Below, piece after piece: positions 18,501-27,552 of a DNA stretch of 64,000 bases. A program made the position numbers and the translations under genes. Position 1 is the stretch's first letter. Every line of letters begins with the position of its first letter. Under the pieces are notes generated by a model that did not search any database, was not told the DNA's origin, and worked only from the letters and a program-made list of their open reading frames with translations. The DNA lies in assembly GCA_002726315.1 (NCBI GenBank), contig PBSS01000048.1:4576-68575 (forward strand). Direction: 5' to 3'. Source of the DNA: Acidimicrobiaceae bacterium. GTDB lineage: Bacteria; Actinomycetota; Acidimicrobiia; Acidimicrobiales; MedAcidi-G1.

Positions 18501-19551
18501 GGTCCCGGGGGTGCTCGACGTGACCCAATTGCAGGACACCGCTGCGGGCATCGCCGAGTGGCAATTGCCCGACGGGATGATCCCTTGGTTCCCCGGTGGT
18601 CACTCCGACCCGTGGAACCACGTCGAGGCTGCCATGGCTCTAGCCGTAACCGGGCACCTGGATGAGGCAGAGGCCGCTTATACCTGGCTGGCCGACACTC
18701 AACTCCCCACCGGTGCCTGGCACCAGTACTACACCGCCGAGGGAGTAGAAGACCATAAGCACGACGCAAATGTCATCGCATACGCGGCTACAGGCTCGTG
18801 GCACCACTGGCTGATGACCCGTGACCGTGGGTTCCTCGAGACGATGTGGTCGACGGTAGAGCCCGCAATCGACTTCGTGCTGGACCTCCAGACCACTAGG
18901 GGAGAAATCATCTGGGCCCGTCATCCCGATGGAACACCGTGGTCGTTCGCCCTACTCACCGGCTCAGCCAGCATCTGCCACAGCCTCCGATGTGCCATCG
19001 CCGTTGCTGAAGAACTCGGCCACGAACGACCTGATTGGGAACTCTCGCTCGCCTATCTGGCACATACAGTCAGGACCAGACCAGATGGTGCCTTCGCACC
19101 AAAGGACCGATGGGCAATGGACTGGTACTACCCGGTCCTGTCAGGCACCGTCAACGGACCCGATGCCCTCCCACACCTGACCGAGCGCTATGACGAATTC
19201 GTCATGGATGGCCTCGGTGTGCGCTGTGTAAGCAACCGACCGTGGGTGACCACCGCCGAGACCTGCGAGTGTGCAATCGCCCATCTGTTCGCCGGCGACC
19301 GGCTGACTGCCGAACAGATGTTCTCATGGATACAGATGATGCGCCATGAAGACGGCAGATACATGACCGGGCTGGTTCACCCTGAAGGTGTGACATTTCC
19401 CGACGGTGAGTGCACCACCTACTCGGCTGCTGCTGTAGTCCTGACCGCCGATGCTCTCTCCGGCGCGAGCCCGGCGGCAGGCTTGTTCACCGAACACACC
19501 GGTTTACCAGACATCATTTCAACCGAAACACCAATCCGCGAGTCCGAATAA
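18487..19551 (+). CDS. Alpha/alpha-toroid protein (prenyltransferase / terpene-cyclase / six-hairpin-glycosidase-like fold)
   Basis: Repeated aromatic-rich helix hairpins (DPWNHVEAAMALAV, TGAWHQYY, NVIAYAATGSWHHW, RWAMDWYYPVL, AETCECAIAHL). ATG 18487 overlaps the stop of the preceding methyltransferase by 14 nt. The fold assignment is by eye only. Confidence 0.5.
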   Translation: MSLPEVPGVLDVTQLQDTAAGIAEWQLPDGMIPWFPGGHSDPWNHVEAAMALAVTGHLDEAEAAYTWLADTQLPTGAWHQYYTAEGVEDHKHDANVIAYAATGSWHHWLMTRDRGFLETMWSTVEPAIDFVLDLQTTRGEIIWARHPDGTPWSFALLTGSASICHSLRCAIAVAEELGHERPDWELSLAYLAHTVRTRPDGAFAPKDRWAMDWYYPVLSGTVNGPDALPHLTERYDEFVMDGLGVRCVSNRPWVTTAETCECAIAHLFAGDRLTAEQMFSWIQMMRHEDGRYMTGLVHPEGVTFPDGECTTYSAAAVVLTADALSGASPAAGLFTEHTGLPDIISTETPIRESE

Positions 19552-19563
19552 TACCGACCCTGT

Positions 19564-20217
19564 TCAGATGCCCGGACCCGTCCTCTGAAGGCAACGCAGT
19601 GAGCCTGTGCATGCCACTTCTTCGAAGGCACCTGAGTCGAGAGCTCTACTAAAGACCTCAAATGGTGGCCGGCCACCGTCGACCGAATTGGGGAAGACAT
19701 CGTGGATCAACAGGGTGCCTCCCACCGCCAGATGGGGCACCCAACTCTCGTAGTCGGCGTGCGCTGGCCCGCTGCCATGGCCGCCGTCGATGAACAGCAG
19801 CGCCAATGGGGTGCCCCATGACGCCGCAACCACAGACGAGTCGCCCACCACGGCTACCACGGTGTCGACGAGACCAGCCTCATGGATTGTCTGTCGAAAC
19901 AGCGGCAGGGTGTCAATAAGGCCTGTAGCAGGGTCGACAAGGTCGGGTTCGTGCCATTCCCAACCAGGCTGATTCTCCTCGGAACCACGATGATGATCGA
20001 TGGAGTAGAGGACACGGCCAAGTGTCTCGGCGGCTGCACCCAGGTAGAGAGCTGACTTCCCACAGTAACTGCCTATCTCAAGGAACGGTCCGTTCACAGC
20101 GACTTCTGCTGCATGGCACCGAAGGGCTAACCCCTCATCGGTTGGCATGAAGCCCCTGGCCACTTCAGCCCGTTTGGTCAGGTCCCGGAGGCGTTCATCC
20201 ACCGGTAGGTCCACCAA
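19564..20217 (-). CDS. Class I SAM-dependent methyltransferase (O-methyltransferase / Methyltransf_24-like)
   Basis: FLEIGSYCGKSALYL, LLFIDGGH and GGTLLIHDV motifs. Its start abuts the gtrA-like stop (20217/20218). Confidence 0.7.
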   Translation of the reverse strand: MVDLPVDERLRDLTKRAEVARGFMPTDEGLALRCHAAEVAVNGPFLEIGSYCGKSALYLGAAAETLGRVLYSIDHHRGSEENQPGWEWHEPDLVDPATGLIDTLPLFRQTIHEAGLVDTVVAVVGDSSVVAASWGTPLALLFIDGGHGSGPAHADYESWVPHLAVGGTLLIHDVFPNSVDGGRPPFEVFSRALDSGAFEEVACTGSLRCLQRTGPGI

Positions 20218-20703
20218 TCAGCCGGAGGTGCCGACCAACTGGTCGTCGGACCGGTCACCCCAGAGCAGGTGTTCCAGCACGGCGAAGCGGACCACCCACA
20301 ACAGTCCAAAGGCAATGGCGTTGGCAGCCTGCACTGCGATGGTCTTGTCGCTGAAACTGTCTACAACACCCACAAGGGCAGTGGAGAGAACCAGTCCCAC
20401 GAAAGCTAGTGACCAGAATGGAAGGATCTCACCGATCTTGTGGTCGCCCTTGTCCTTCTCCCAGACGTAGTGGCGACTAAGCAGGTAAGCGGGAATGCTA
20501 CCCACGGCAACTGCCACTGCATTTGCCGCCATACCCGACCAGCGCAAGTGACCATAGAGGACTACCAGCAGGGTCTGGCCAGTTAGAACGTTCACAACCG
20601 AAACCCCGGCAAAGCGCATCAACTTCTGCCCGTATTCGTGCCACAGGCGCGCAAGAAGCGCAACGATGCGAGGGACCATGACGGGGAAGCCTACCCCTGT
20701 CAT
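20218..20703 (-). CDS. GtrA family membrane protein
   Basis: About 160 aa with 4 TM segments. KLMRFAGVSVVNVLTGQTLLVVLY plus YLLSRHYVWEK match the GtrA-like pattern. Confidence 0.7.
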   Translation of the reverse strand: MTGVGFPVMVPRIVALLARLWHEYGQKLMRFAGVSVVNVLTGQTLLVVLYGHLRWSGMAANAVAVAVGSIPAYLLSRHYVWEKDKGDHKIGEILPFWSLAFVGLVLSTALVGVVDSFSDKTIAVQAANAIAFGLLWVVRFAVLEHLLWGDRSDDQLVGTSG

Positions 20704-20738
20704 CGCAAATGGGCCGTGCCTGTGGTCACTTGCCGGTT

Positions 20739-21713
20739 TCAGCCCAGCAACTGCCCGGCCAACCTCCGGGCCAACCTCCGGGCCACCATCATGGGCGATT
20801 CAAAGGCCTGGACGGGCTCCAACCTCTCGGTCGCGAGCACCTCCTCGGCGGCGCCTCCTAAGAGGTAGTCCAGGTGGGCCCGCACCTCAGCGATCCGGCG
20901 TGTCTCCCTGCGCCGATCCAGTTCCACCCCCTGGGACAGCAACTCAAGATGTCCGGCTACGGCGGTTGCGAGTTCGCCGATCCCCTCTCCCTCGGTCGCC
21001 GTGGTCATGGTGATCGATGGCCTCTCGGTCCCAACCCGACCTGGAACGGTCGACAGATCAAGCATCAACTCCAAGTCCCTACTCACATCAGTCGCTCCGG
21101 GCCTGTCGGCCTTGTTGACGACGAACAGGTCGGCAACCTCGAGCAGGCCCGCCTTGTTCGCCTGGACAGCGTCACCCCAGCCGGGAGCAACCACGACGAT
21201 CGTGGTATCGGCCGCGTCGGTGATGTCGACCTCCACCTGGCCCACACCGACCGTTTCAATCACCACCGGGTTGAAGCCAGCTGCATCGAGTACCCGGATC
21301 GCTCCGGGTACTGCAAGTGCCAGACCCCCGGCATGACCGCGGGTTGCCATCGAACGAATGAAGACGCCAACTCCGGAGGCATCGTTCATTCGCACACGAT
21401 CTCCGAGGATCGCTCCACCGGTGAGAGGCGAGGAAGGATCGACGGCAAGCACGGCTGGCCGCTTACCGGCCTCGGCGAGCAGTGTCGTGAGTGAGTTGGT
21501 TATTGTGGATTTGCCTGACCCGGGCGCCCCGGTGATGCCCACCACGTGAGCCTCACCCGTATGGGAATGAGTGGCCGACGCCACCTCGTCTGCCAGATCT
21601 CCACCACGCTCGACGAGACTGAGGAGTCGGGCGGTGGCACTGCGATCGCCCAAACGTGAAGCCTCAGCTAGTTGGGCAACTACAGGCAATGAGGCGGGTT
21701 CAGTTGGGCCCAT
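20739..21713 (-). CDS. meaB: Methylmalonyl-CoA-mutase-associated G3E GTPase (MeaB/ArgK family)
   Basis: P-loop GITGAPGSGKST, LAVDPSSPLTGGAILGDR, IIETVGVGQ and VVNKAD motifs. Confidence 0.9.
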   Translation of the reverse strand: MGPTEPASLPVVAQLAEASRLGDRSATARLLSLVERGGDLADEVASATHSHTGEAHVVGITGAPGSGKSTITNSLTTLLAEAGKRPAVLAVDPSSPLTGGAILGDRVRMNDASGVGVFIRSMATRGHAGGLALAVPGAIRVLDAAGFNPVVIETVGVGQVEVDITDAADTTIVVVAPGWGDAVQANKAGLLEVADLFVVNKADRPGATDVSRDLELMLDLSTVPGRVGTERPSITMTTATEGEGIGELATAVAGHLELLSQGVELDRRRETRRIAEVRAHLDYLLGGAAEEVLATERLEPVQAFESPMMVARRLARRLAGQLLG

Positions 21714-22116
21714 CGAGTCCTGCCACAGCCCGAACAGTTGACACCACTTCGTCGACGGGTGCTCCGGGGCCTAGCACGGCAGCCACGCCAGCAGCCTCTA
21801 GGTCTGGCAAGTCGACGTCTGGAACTATCCCGCCAATCACCACAGGTACATCGAGGCCCGCCTCATCCAATGCAGCGACGATCATCGGCCCGAGGGTCAA
21901 ATGCCCGGCATTGTGCATCGAAATGCCGACCACGTCGGCATCCTCCTGCTCGACGGCTTTGATGACGCTGTCCGTGGTCTGGCGGAGCCCCAAGTAGACA
22001 ACCTCCATGCCTGCGTCACGGAGCATCCGCGCCACCACCTTGAGCCCACGGTCATGGCCGTCAAATCCCAACTTGGCAAGAACAATCCTGATCGGGAGGC
22101 CAGTATCGACCATCAC
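21700..22116 (-). CDS. Acyl-CoA mutase small subunit, cobalamin-binding domain (IcmB-like)
   Basis: [34 protein letters not shown] contains the DxHxxG B12-binding motif. It is 138 aa and a separate polypeptide, overlapping its neighbours by 4 and 14 nt. Confidence 0.88.
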   Translation of the reverse strand: MMVDTGLPIRIVLAKLGFDGHDRGLKVVARMLRDAGMEVVYLGLRQTTDSVIKAVEQEDADVVGISMHNAGHLTLGPMIVAALDEAGLDVPVVIGGIVPDVDLPDLEAAGVAAVLGPGAPVDEVVSTVRAVAGLDGPN

Positions 22117-23690
22117 ACGACCGCCGTCTCAACGTAGCTACCGAAGACTCCCTCAAGTGCCTCTACGATCTCACCAACGGTGGTACGTGCCTCAACCGCT
22201 GCGATGAGTGAGGGCATCAGATTGACATCGGGATCTGTCGCATCAGCCACGACTCGGCCCAGAGATCCTGCGACCGCTTCACTGTCGCGCTCCGACCTCA
22301 CGGTGGCTAGACGGGCACACTGGTCGTCCTCAGTCTCCTGACTGACCCTCAACAACTCGGTACCCGAGGAATCGTTGCCCTCTGTGAAAGCATTTACCCC
22401 AACCATGATGCGTTCTCCAGAATTGACCTCGCGTTCAAAGCGGTAGGCCGACTCAGCGATCTCGCCCATGAACCAGCCGCTTTGAATACCTTCATACACC
22501 CCCTCCAGGATCGATCCACCACCGATCTCATCAAGGTGTGAAAAGACCTCTTCAGCCCGTCGCTCGACCTCGTCTGTAATCCACTCCACGTAGGCCGAAC
22601 CCCCCAGTGGGTCTGCCACCGCGGTCACGCCTGTCTCGTGGGCAATGACCTGTTGAGTGCGCAGGGCTGTGCGTGCTGCTTCTTCGCTCGGCAGCGCTAG
22701 GGCCTCATCGTGGCTGTCGGTATGGAGGCTCTGGGTGCCACCCAGTACACCGGCCAGGGCCTGGAGAGCAACCCTGGCGATGTTGGTATCTGGTTGTTGT
22801 GCCGTCAAAGACACACCGGCAGTTTGTGTGTGAAAGCGCAACTTGAGGCTGCGCTCATCGACCGCACCGTAGCGGTCGCGTAGCCACCGGGCCCAGATGC
22901 GCCTAGCGGCCCTGAACTTGCCTATTTCCTCAAAGAAGTCGACGTGGCTATTAAAAAAGAAGCTGAGGCGGGGTGCGAATGCGTCGACGTTGAGGCCGGC
23001 TGCGACGGCGGACTCGATGTAAGCGAACCCATTTGCAAGAGTAAACGCCAACTCCTGTACGGCCGTGGAGCCAGCTTCCCTGATGTGGTAACCAGAAACC
23101 GATACTGGGTTCCAGCGTGGCATCTCAGCGGCGGTGAATCGGATTACATCAGTGACGAGTCGCACTGAAGGCCTTGGTGGGAAGATGTACTCCTTTTGGG
23201 CCTGATACTCCTTGAGGATGTCGTTCTGGAGGGTCCCCGCCAACCTGCTCCTATCCACGCCGCCCTGTTCGGCGACCACCATGTACATGGCCAACAGGAT
23301 CGCGGCAGGGCCATTAATTGTCATTGAGGTGGAAACCCCGCCTAGGTCGATGTCGGAGAAGAGGTCTGCCATGTCTTCGACGGTGTCGACGGCCACCCCT
23401 GCCCGGCCGACTTCTCCAAGTGACCAGGGGTGATCGGAATCACGACCCATCAAGGTGGGCATATCGAATGCAGTCGAAAGACCCGTACTTCCAGAACGGA
23501 GCAATTCCTTGAAGCGGCCATTGGTGTCAGTGGCCGTGCCGAATCCGGCGAACATACGCATTGTCCAGAGGCGCGACCTGTACATGTCAGCGTGCACCCC
23601 GCGGGTATAGGGATACTCGCCCGGTAGAGGACCTTCGCCATAGACCGGCAAGAGAGGAATGCCGGACAGCGTCGAATGGGAATCATCCAT
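22113..23690 (-). CDS. Acyl-CoA mutase large (substrate-binding) subunit, isobutyryl-CoA mutase-like (IcmA-like)
   Basis: TIM-barrel mutase motifs [30 protein letters not shown] and [12 protein letters not shown]. The specificity positions read Phe (RMFAGF) and Gln (YQAQKEY), where methylmalonyl-CoA mutase has Tyr (RQYAGF) and Arg (MVRNTY). Confidence 0.85.
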   Translation of the reverse strand: MDDSHSTLSGIPLLPVYGEGPLPGEYPYTRGVHADMYRSRLWTMRMFAGFGTATDTNGRFKELLRSGSTGLSTAFDMPTLMGRDSDHPWSLGEVGRAGVAVDTVEDMADLFSDIDLGGVSTSMTINGPAAILLAMYMVVAEQGGVDRSRLAGTLQNDILKEYQAQKEYIFPPRPSVRLVTDVIRFTAAEMPRWNPVSVSGYHIREAGSTAVQELAFTLANGFAYIESAVAAGLNVDAFAPRLSFFFNSHVDFFEEIGKFRAARRIWARWLRDRYGAVDERSLKLRFHTQTAGVSLTAQQPDTNIARVALQALAGVLGGTQSLHTDSHDEALALPSEEAARTALRTQQVIAHETGVTAVADPLGGSAYVEWITDEVERRAEEVFSHLDEIGGGSILEGVYEGIQSGWFMGEIAESAYRFEREVNSGERIMVGVNAFTEGNDSSGTELLRVSQETEDDQCARLATVRSERDSEAVAGSLGRVVADATDPDVNLMPSLIAAVEARTTVGEIVEALEGVFGSYVETAVV

Positions 23691-23724
23691 GCCGAAACCC
23701 TATCTTTGACCCGGAATCCGCAAC

Positions 23725-23763
23725 GATGCCGCCTCGGCATCGCGTCTATGCCACAGAGGCATA
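23725..23763. promoter_or_regulatory. Two adjacent ATGCC-N5-GGCAT palindromes (candidate operator or hairpins) upstream of the mutase operon
   Basis: GATGCCGCCTCGGCATC (23725-23741) and TATGCCACAGAGGCATA (23747-23763) have centres 22 bp apart. They lie 35-73 bp upstream of the icmA-like ATG (23690) and 12 bp upstream of the small plus-strand ORF. Confidence 0.4.
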
Positions 23764-23774
23764 GGGTCAGGGCC

Positions 23775-23975
23775 ATGGTCGTGATCACGTTTGTAGCCAT
23801 TGTCGTTCTGGTGGTCGGCCTGTTCGTCGGCTGGCCGGTCCTGGTGGCGCTGTCGGCCATATTCGTGGCCGTGCAATTGCTCATGATCTGTGCTCGGGCT
23901 GCCGTCGAGCGCAACGATAGGCGACTTGCATCCCGCCTGACCAATCGCCTTGAGGCCCAGGACGACGAAGGTTAG
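23775..23975 (+). CDS. Hypothetical small membrane protein (2 predicted TM helices)
   Basis: MVVITFVAIVVLVVGLFVGWPVLVALSAIFVAVQLLMICA followed by a charged tail. No recognised family. The ORF track begins at 23676 inside the divergent promoter region. Confidence 0.4.
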   Translation: MVVITFVAIVVLVVGLFVGWPVLVALSAIFVAVQLLMICARAAVERNDRRLASRLTNRLEAQDDEG

Positions 23976-24082
23976 GTATCAACCTGGCAGACCTTGACGG
24001 TGCAGCCGATGCTGGTCACCCGCTACCGTTCCGGTCGGCACCAAGAACCGGGGAGATCCCCATTCCGTACCGACCCACCACG

Positions 24083-24913
24083 ATGAATAGCCCCCACTTA
24101 GACCCCTTCTCGCTGGCCGACGAGGCCGCAGTTGCCCTGGCCGAAAGCACAGGGCAGGCATCCCACGATGCCGTCGTCGTGCTGGGCTCGGGTTGGGCAG
24201 CGGCAGCCGATGGCATGGGCGAGGTCCTGGCCGATGTGCCTCTTAACGACCTACCGGGCTTTCCTGCCCCAACTGTTGCCGGACACCGCAACAGCGCGCT
24301 GTCGGTTGCGGTGGGCGACACAATGGCCCTCGTGCTGGGAGGTCGAAGTCACCTCTACGAAGGCCACCCGGTTCCAACAGTCGTGCACGGGGTACGTACC
24401 GCAATCGCAGCCGGCTGCAAAGTGGCAGTTCTCACAAACGCCGCTGGTGGCCTCAACCCTGCCTGGCCTGTCGGCCAACCTGTGGTCCTGTGTGACCAGC
24501 TAAATCTGACCGGTACGTCACCCATGGCCGGGGAACCTCCACCACCTGACCGGCCCGGCCGTTTCGTCGACCTGACCGAGTCCTACTCCATTCGACTGCG
24601 GGAACTCGCCCACGAGGTTGATAGCTCGCTCCCCGAGGGCATCTACGCTGGTCTGCTCGGTGGCGCCTACGAGACGCCAGCTGAGGTCAGAATGCTGGGC
24701 GGCCTCGGCGCAGATCTGGTCGGAATGTCAACGGTGCTCGAGACCATCGCCGCCCGGCACCTCGGAGCCGAAGTACTGGGGATTTCGCTCGTAACCAATG
24801 CTGCTGCCGGAATGGGCAACGAGAACTTGGACCACGCCGAGGTCCTGGAGGCCGCCAGGGCCGCTGGGCCGCGCATGCTGGCCCTCCTGCGCGGCGTGCT
24901 GGAGAGGCTGTGA
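24083..24913 (+). CDS. punA: Purine nucleoside phosphorylase (PunA type)
   Basis: GRSHLYEGH, VLTNAAGGLNP, GPSYETPAE-like YETPAEVRML and GMSTVLETIAARHLG motifs. Confidence 0.88.
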   Translation: MNSPHLDPFSLADEAAVALAESTGQASHDAVVVLGSGWAAAADGMGEVLADVPLNDLPGFPAPTVAGHRNSALSVAVGDTMALVLGGRSHLYEGHPVPTVVHGVRTAIAAGCKVAVLTNAAGGLNPAWPVGQPVVLCDQLNLTGTSPMAGEPPPPDRPGRFVDLTESYSIRLRELAHEVDSSLPEGIYAGLLGGAYETPAEVRMLGGLGADLVGMSTVLETIAARHLGAEVLGISLVTNAAAGMGNENLDHAEVLEAARAAGPRMLALLRGVLERL

Positions 24914-26625
24914 GAACAATCACCGCCACGGACCATTCGGCTGAAACTGCTCGGAGTTGGTTGGAGGTTGACCCCGACCCCGGCACGCGTGCCGAAACCA
25001 GGGCGCTACTGGCAGACGGAGGCGATGCCGTGCGAGAGCGCTTCGGTGACAGGCTGACGTTCGGCACGGCAGGTCTGCGCGGAACACTGGGTGCAGGTCC
25101 AATGCGGATGAACCGTGTGATGGTACGGATGACAGCCGCAGCCATAGCTAGCCGTCTCCTGACCAGCAATGGCCCAAACGGAGGCCCGGCCAACCCCGAC
25201 AAGGCGCCTTTAGTTGTTGTCTGCTTTGACGCCCGCCATATGAGTGACTTGTTCGCCGAAGACACGGTGAGGCTGCTTGCCGGCCGGGGTGTTGCCTGCA
25301 TCCTGCTGCCTGGGCCACTTCCGACACCGGTGCTGGCATTCACCCTGCGTAACCGAGGGGCTGATGCCGGAATCATGGTCACGGCCAGCCATAACCCACG
25401 TGAGGACAACGGCTACAAGGTCTACTGGTCGGACGGGGCCCAGATCATCTCCCCAGTCGACTCGGAGATCTCCACCCTGATCGATGATGCTCCCCTGCCA
25501 ACCGATGATGACCTTGCCGATCCAGACAGCCCTCTCATCACCCGGGCGGGGCAGGCAGAGGTGGCTAGCTACGTCGCAACCGCGGCCTCGGTCGTACAGG
25601 TCGACTCACCACGTGGCCTCTCAGTTGTGTACACACCCCTGCACGGAGTGGGCCGTGACACCCTGCTCGAGGTCTTTGAGAGTGCAGGCTTCGATGAGCC
25701 TCTGGTGGTACCCGAACAGGGTGACCCTGACCCAGACTTCCCGACCGTGGAGTACCCGAACCCCGAGGTCCCCGGTGCTCTGAACCTGGCCATCGCCCTT
25801 GCTGCTGACACCGGTGCTGACATCGTGCTCGCAAACGACCCCGATGCCGACCGCCTGGCCGTGGCCGTGCCCGACGGTCCGTCATGGCGCACCCTTACCG
25901 GCGACGACGTCGGAGCACTGCTCGCTGACCATGTGCTCACCGGGGGCTCTGGCAACAACCGCCTGGTAGCAACCACGGTGGTCTCCTCCAAGATGCTCGA
26001 ATCGATCGCCACCCACCACGGGGTGCGCCACGCCGAGACCCTCACGGGCTTCAAATGGATTGTCAGACCTGGTCTGCTCGACCCCTCCTCCGACTTCGTG
26101 TTCGGTTACGAAGAGGCTGCCGGTTTCGCTGTCAGCGACATCGTCCGCGACAAGGATGGGATTACAGCAGCCCTGGCTTTCGCCGAGTTGGCTGCAACCG
26201 AAAGGGAGGCGGGCCGGACGGTTATCAATCGACTTCATGACCTGTGGCGTCGCCACGGGCTGCACAAGACGGGCCTGCGGACCATCCGCTTCGAGGGATC
26301 CGACGGAGCATCACGGATGGCAGGGCTAATGAACCAGCTGCGGACTACTCCTCCCGAGGCCATTGCCAGCATGGGTGTGGTGTCGATGACCGACCTAGCC
26401 GCACCCGGTTCGCCGTTGCCATCCACGGATGCCCTTGTCTTCAACCTGGAGGATGGGCGCCTAGTGGTCCGACCCAGCGGCACCGAGTCGATGCTGAAGG
26501 CATACGCCGAAGTAGTCGACGCCTCCCCCGATGTCGACCTTGTTGAGGCCGAGGTGGCAACAACCCGCCTTCTTGACAACCTGCTGGACGGTGCAAGCCT
26601 AATGTTGACCGGGGCAGCCACATGA
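24910..26625 (+). CDS. Phospho-sugar mutase (phosphoglucomutase / phosphomannomutase family; phosphopentomutase role likely from context)
   Basis: Active-site GIMVTASHNPREDNGYKVY, Mg loop ANDPDADRL and sugar loop GYEEAAG. It overlaps the punA stop by 4 nt. Confidence 0.85.
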   Translation: MRTITATDHSAETARSWLEVDPDPGTRAETRALLADGGDAVRERFGDRLTFGTAGLRGTLGAGPMRMNRVMVRMTAAAIASRLLTSNGPNGGPANPDKAPLVVVCFDARHMSDLFAEDTVRLLAGRGVACILLPGPLPTPVLAFTLRNRGADAGIMVTASHNPREDNGYKVYWSDGAQIISPVDSEISTLIDDAPLPTDDDLADPDSPLITRAGQAEVASYVATAASVVQVDSPRGLSVVYTPLHGVGRDTLLEVFESAGFDEPLVVPEQGDPDPDFPTVEYPNPEVPGALNLAIALAADTGADIVLANDPDADRLAVAVPDGPSWRTLTGDDVGALLADHVLTGGSGNNRLVATTVVSSKMLESIATHHGVRHAETLTGFKWIVRPGLLDPSSDFVFGYEEAAGFAVSDIVRDKDGITAALAFAELAATEREAGRTVINRLHDLWRRHGLHKTGLRTIRFEGSDGASRMAGLMNQLRTTPPEAIASMGVVSMTDLAAPGSPLPSTDALVFNLEDGRLVVRPSGTESMLKAYAEVVDASPDVDLVEAEVATTRLLDNLLDGASLMLTGAAT

Positions 26626-27548
26626 TGAACTCAACTGCGTTCCTCCCGACCACAGATGGTGGTTCCGTGAGGACCACACCCGTCGACGCTGTTGCGCTGG
26701 AGGCACGTGCCGCGGCCCTATGCACACGGTCTATCAAGACCACTAGCAAGCGGGCGGCTCTCCACACCACGATCAGATGTATTGACCTGACCACCCTTGA
26801 GGGCATCGATACTCCGGGCAAGGTGGCATCGCTGTGCCAGAAGGCGATCAGACCCGATCCGGCCAATCCGACGATTCCGTCGGTGGCGGCCGTGTGCGTC
26901 TACCCCGAGATGGTGGAACACGCCGTGACATCTGTCTCCGGAACAACCGTGGTCGTAGCCAGCGTGGCCGGGGCGTTCCCGGCCGGCATGTCCACACCTG
27001 CAGTGAGGGTCGCCGACATCGCCGATGCCGTAGGCCGCGGGGCCGGAGAGATCGACATCGTATTAAACCGGTCTGCGTTCATGTCGGGTGACCTGAGACG
27101 TGCCTACGACGAGATCGTTGCTGCCAAGGAGGCATGTGGCACCGCTCACCTCAAGGTCATCTTGGAAACCGGCGAGTTGGGCTCGTATGAGCAGGTCCGA
27201 CGGGCATCGATGCTGGCCATGGCTGCAGGTGCCGACTTCATCAAGACCTCTACAGGAAAGATTCCCAAGGCCGCCACTCACCCGATGGTCCTGAACATGG
27301 CTGAGGCCATCCGCGACTACGCGGACCAGACCGGTGTGATCGTGGGACTCAAGGGAGCTGGTGGAATACGTACCGCCAAGCAGGCGTGGCACCACCTGGT
27401 GATCGTGGGTGAGACGCTCGGCTCCGACTGGCTCACCCCAGAGCGGTTCCGTCTGGGTGCCTCCAGCCTGCTCAATGATGTTCTGATGCAAATCCAAAAA
27501 CTAGACACAGGCCACTACAGCGGCCCCAACTACGTCACGGTGGACTGA
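26622..27548 (+). CDS. deoC: Deoxyribose-phosphate aldolase (long actinobacterial form)
   Basis: IDLTTLEG, VAAVCVYP, LKVILETGEL and Schiff-base region FIKTSTGK. Confidence 0.88.
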   Translation: MMNSTAFLPTTDGGSVRTTPVDAVALEARAAALCTRSIKTTSKRAALHTTIRCIDLTTLEGIDTPGKVASLCQKAIRPDPANPTIPSVAAVCVYPEMVEHAVTSVSGTTVVVASVAGAFPAGMSTPAVRVADIADAVGRGAGEIDIVLNRSAFMSGDLRRAYDEIVAAKEACGTAHLKVILETGELGSYEQVRRASMLAMAAGADFIKTSTGKIPKAATHPMVLNMAEAIRDYADQTGVIVGLKGAGGIRTAKQAWHHLVIVGETLGSDWLTPERFRLGASSLLNDVLMQIQKLDTGHYSGPNYVTVD

Positions 27549-27552
27549 GACC

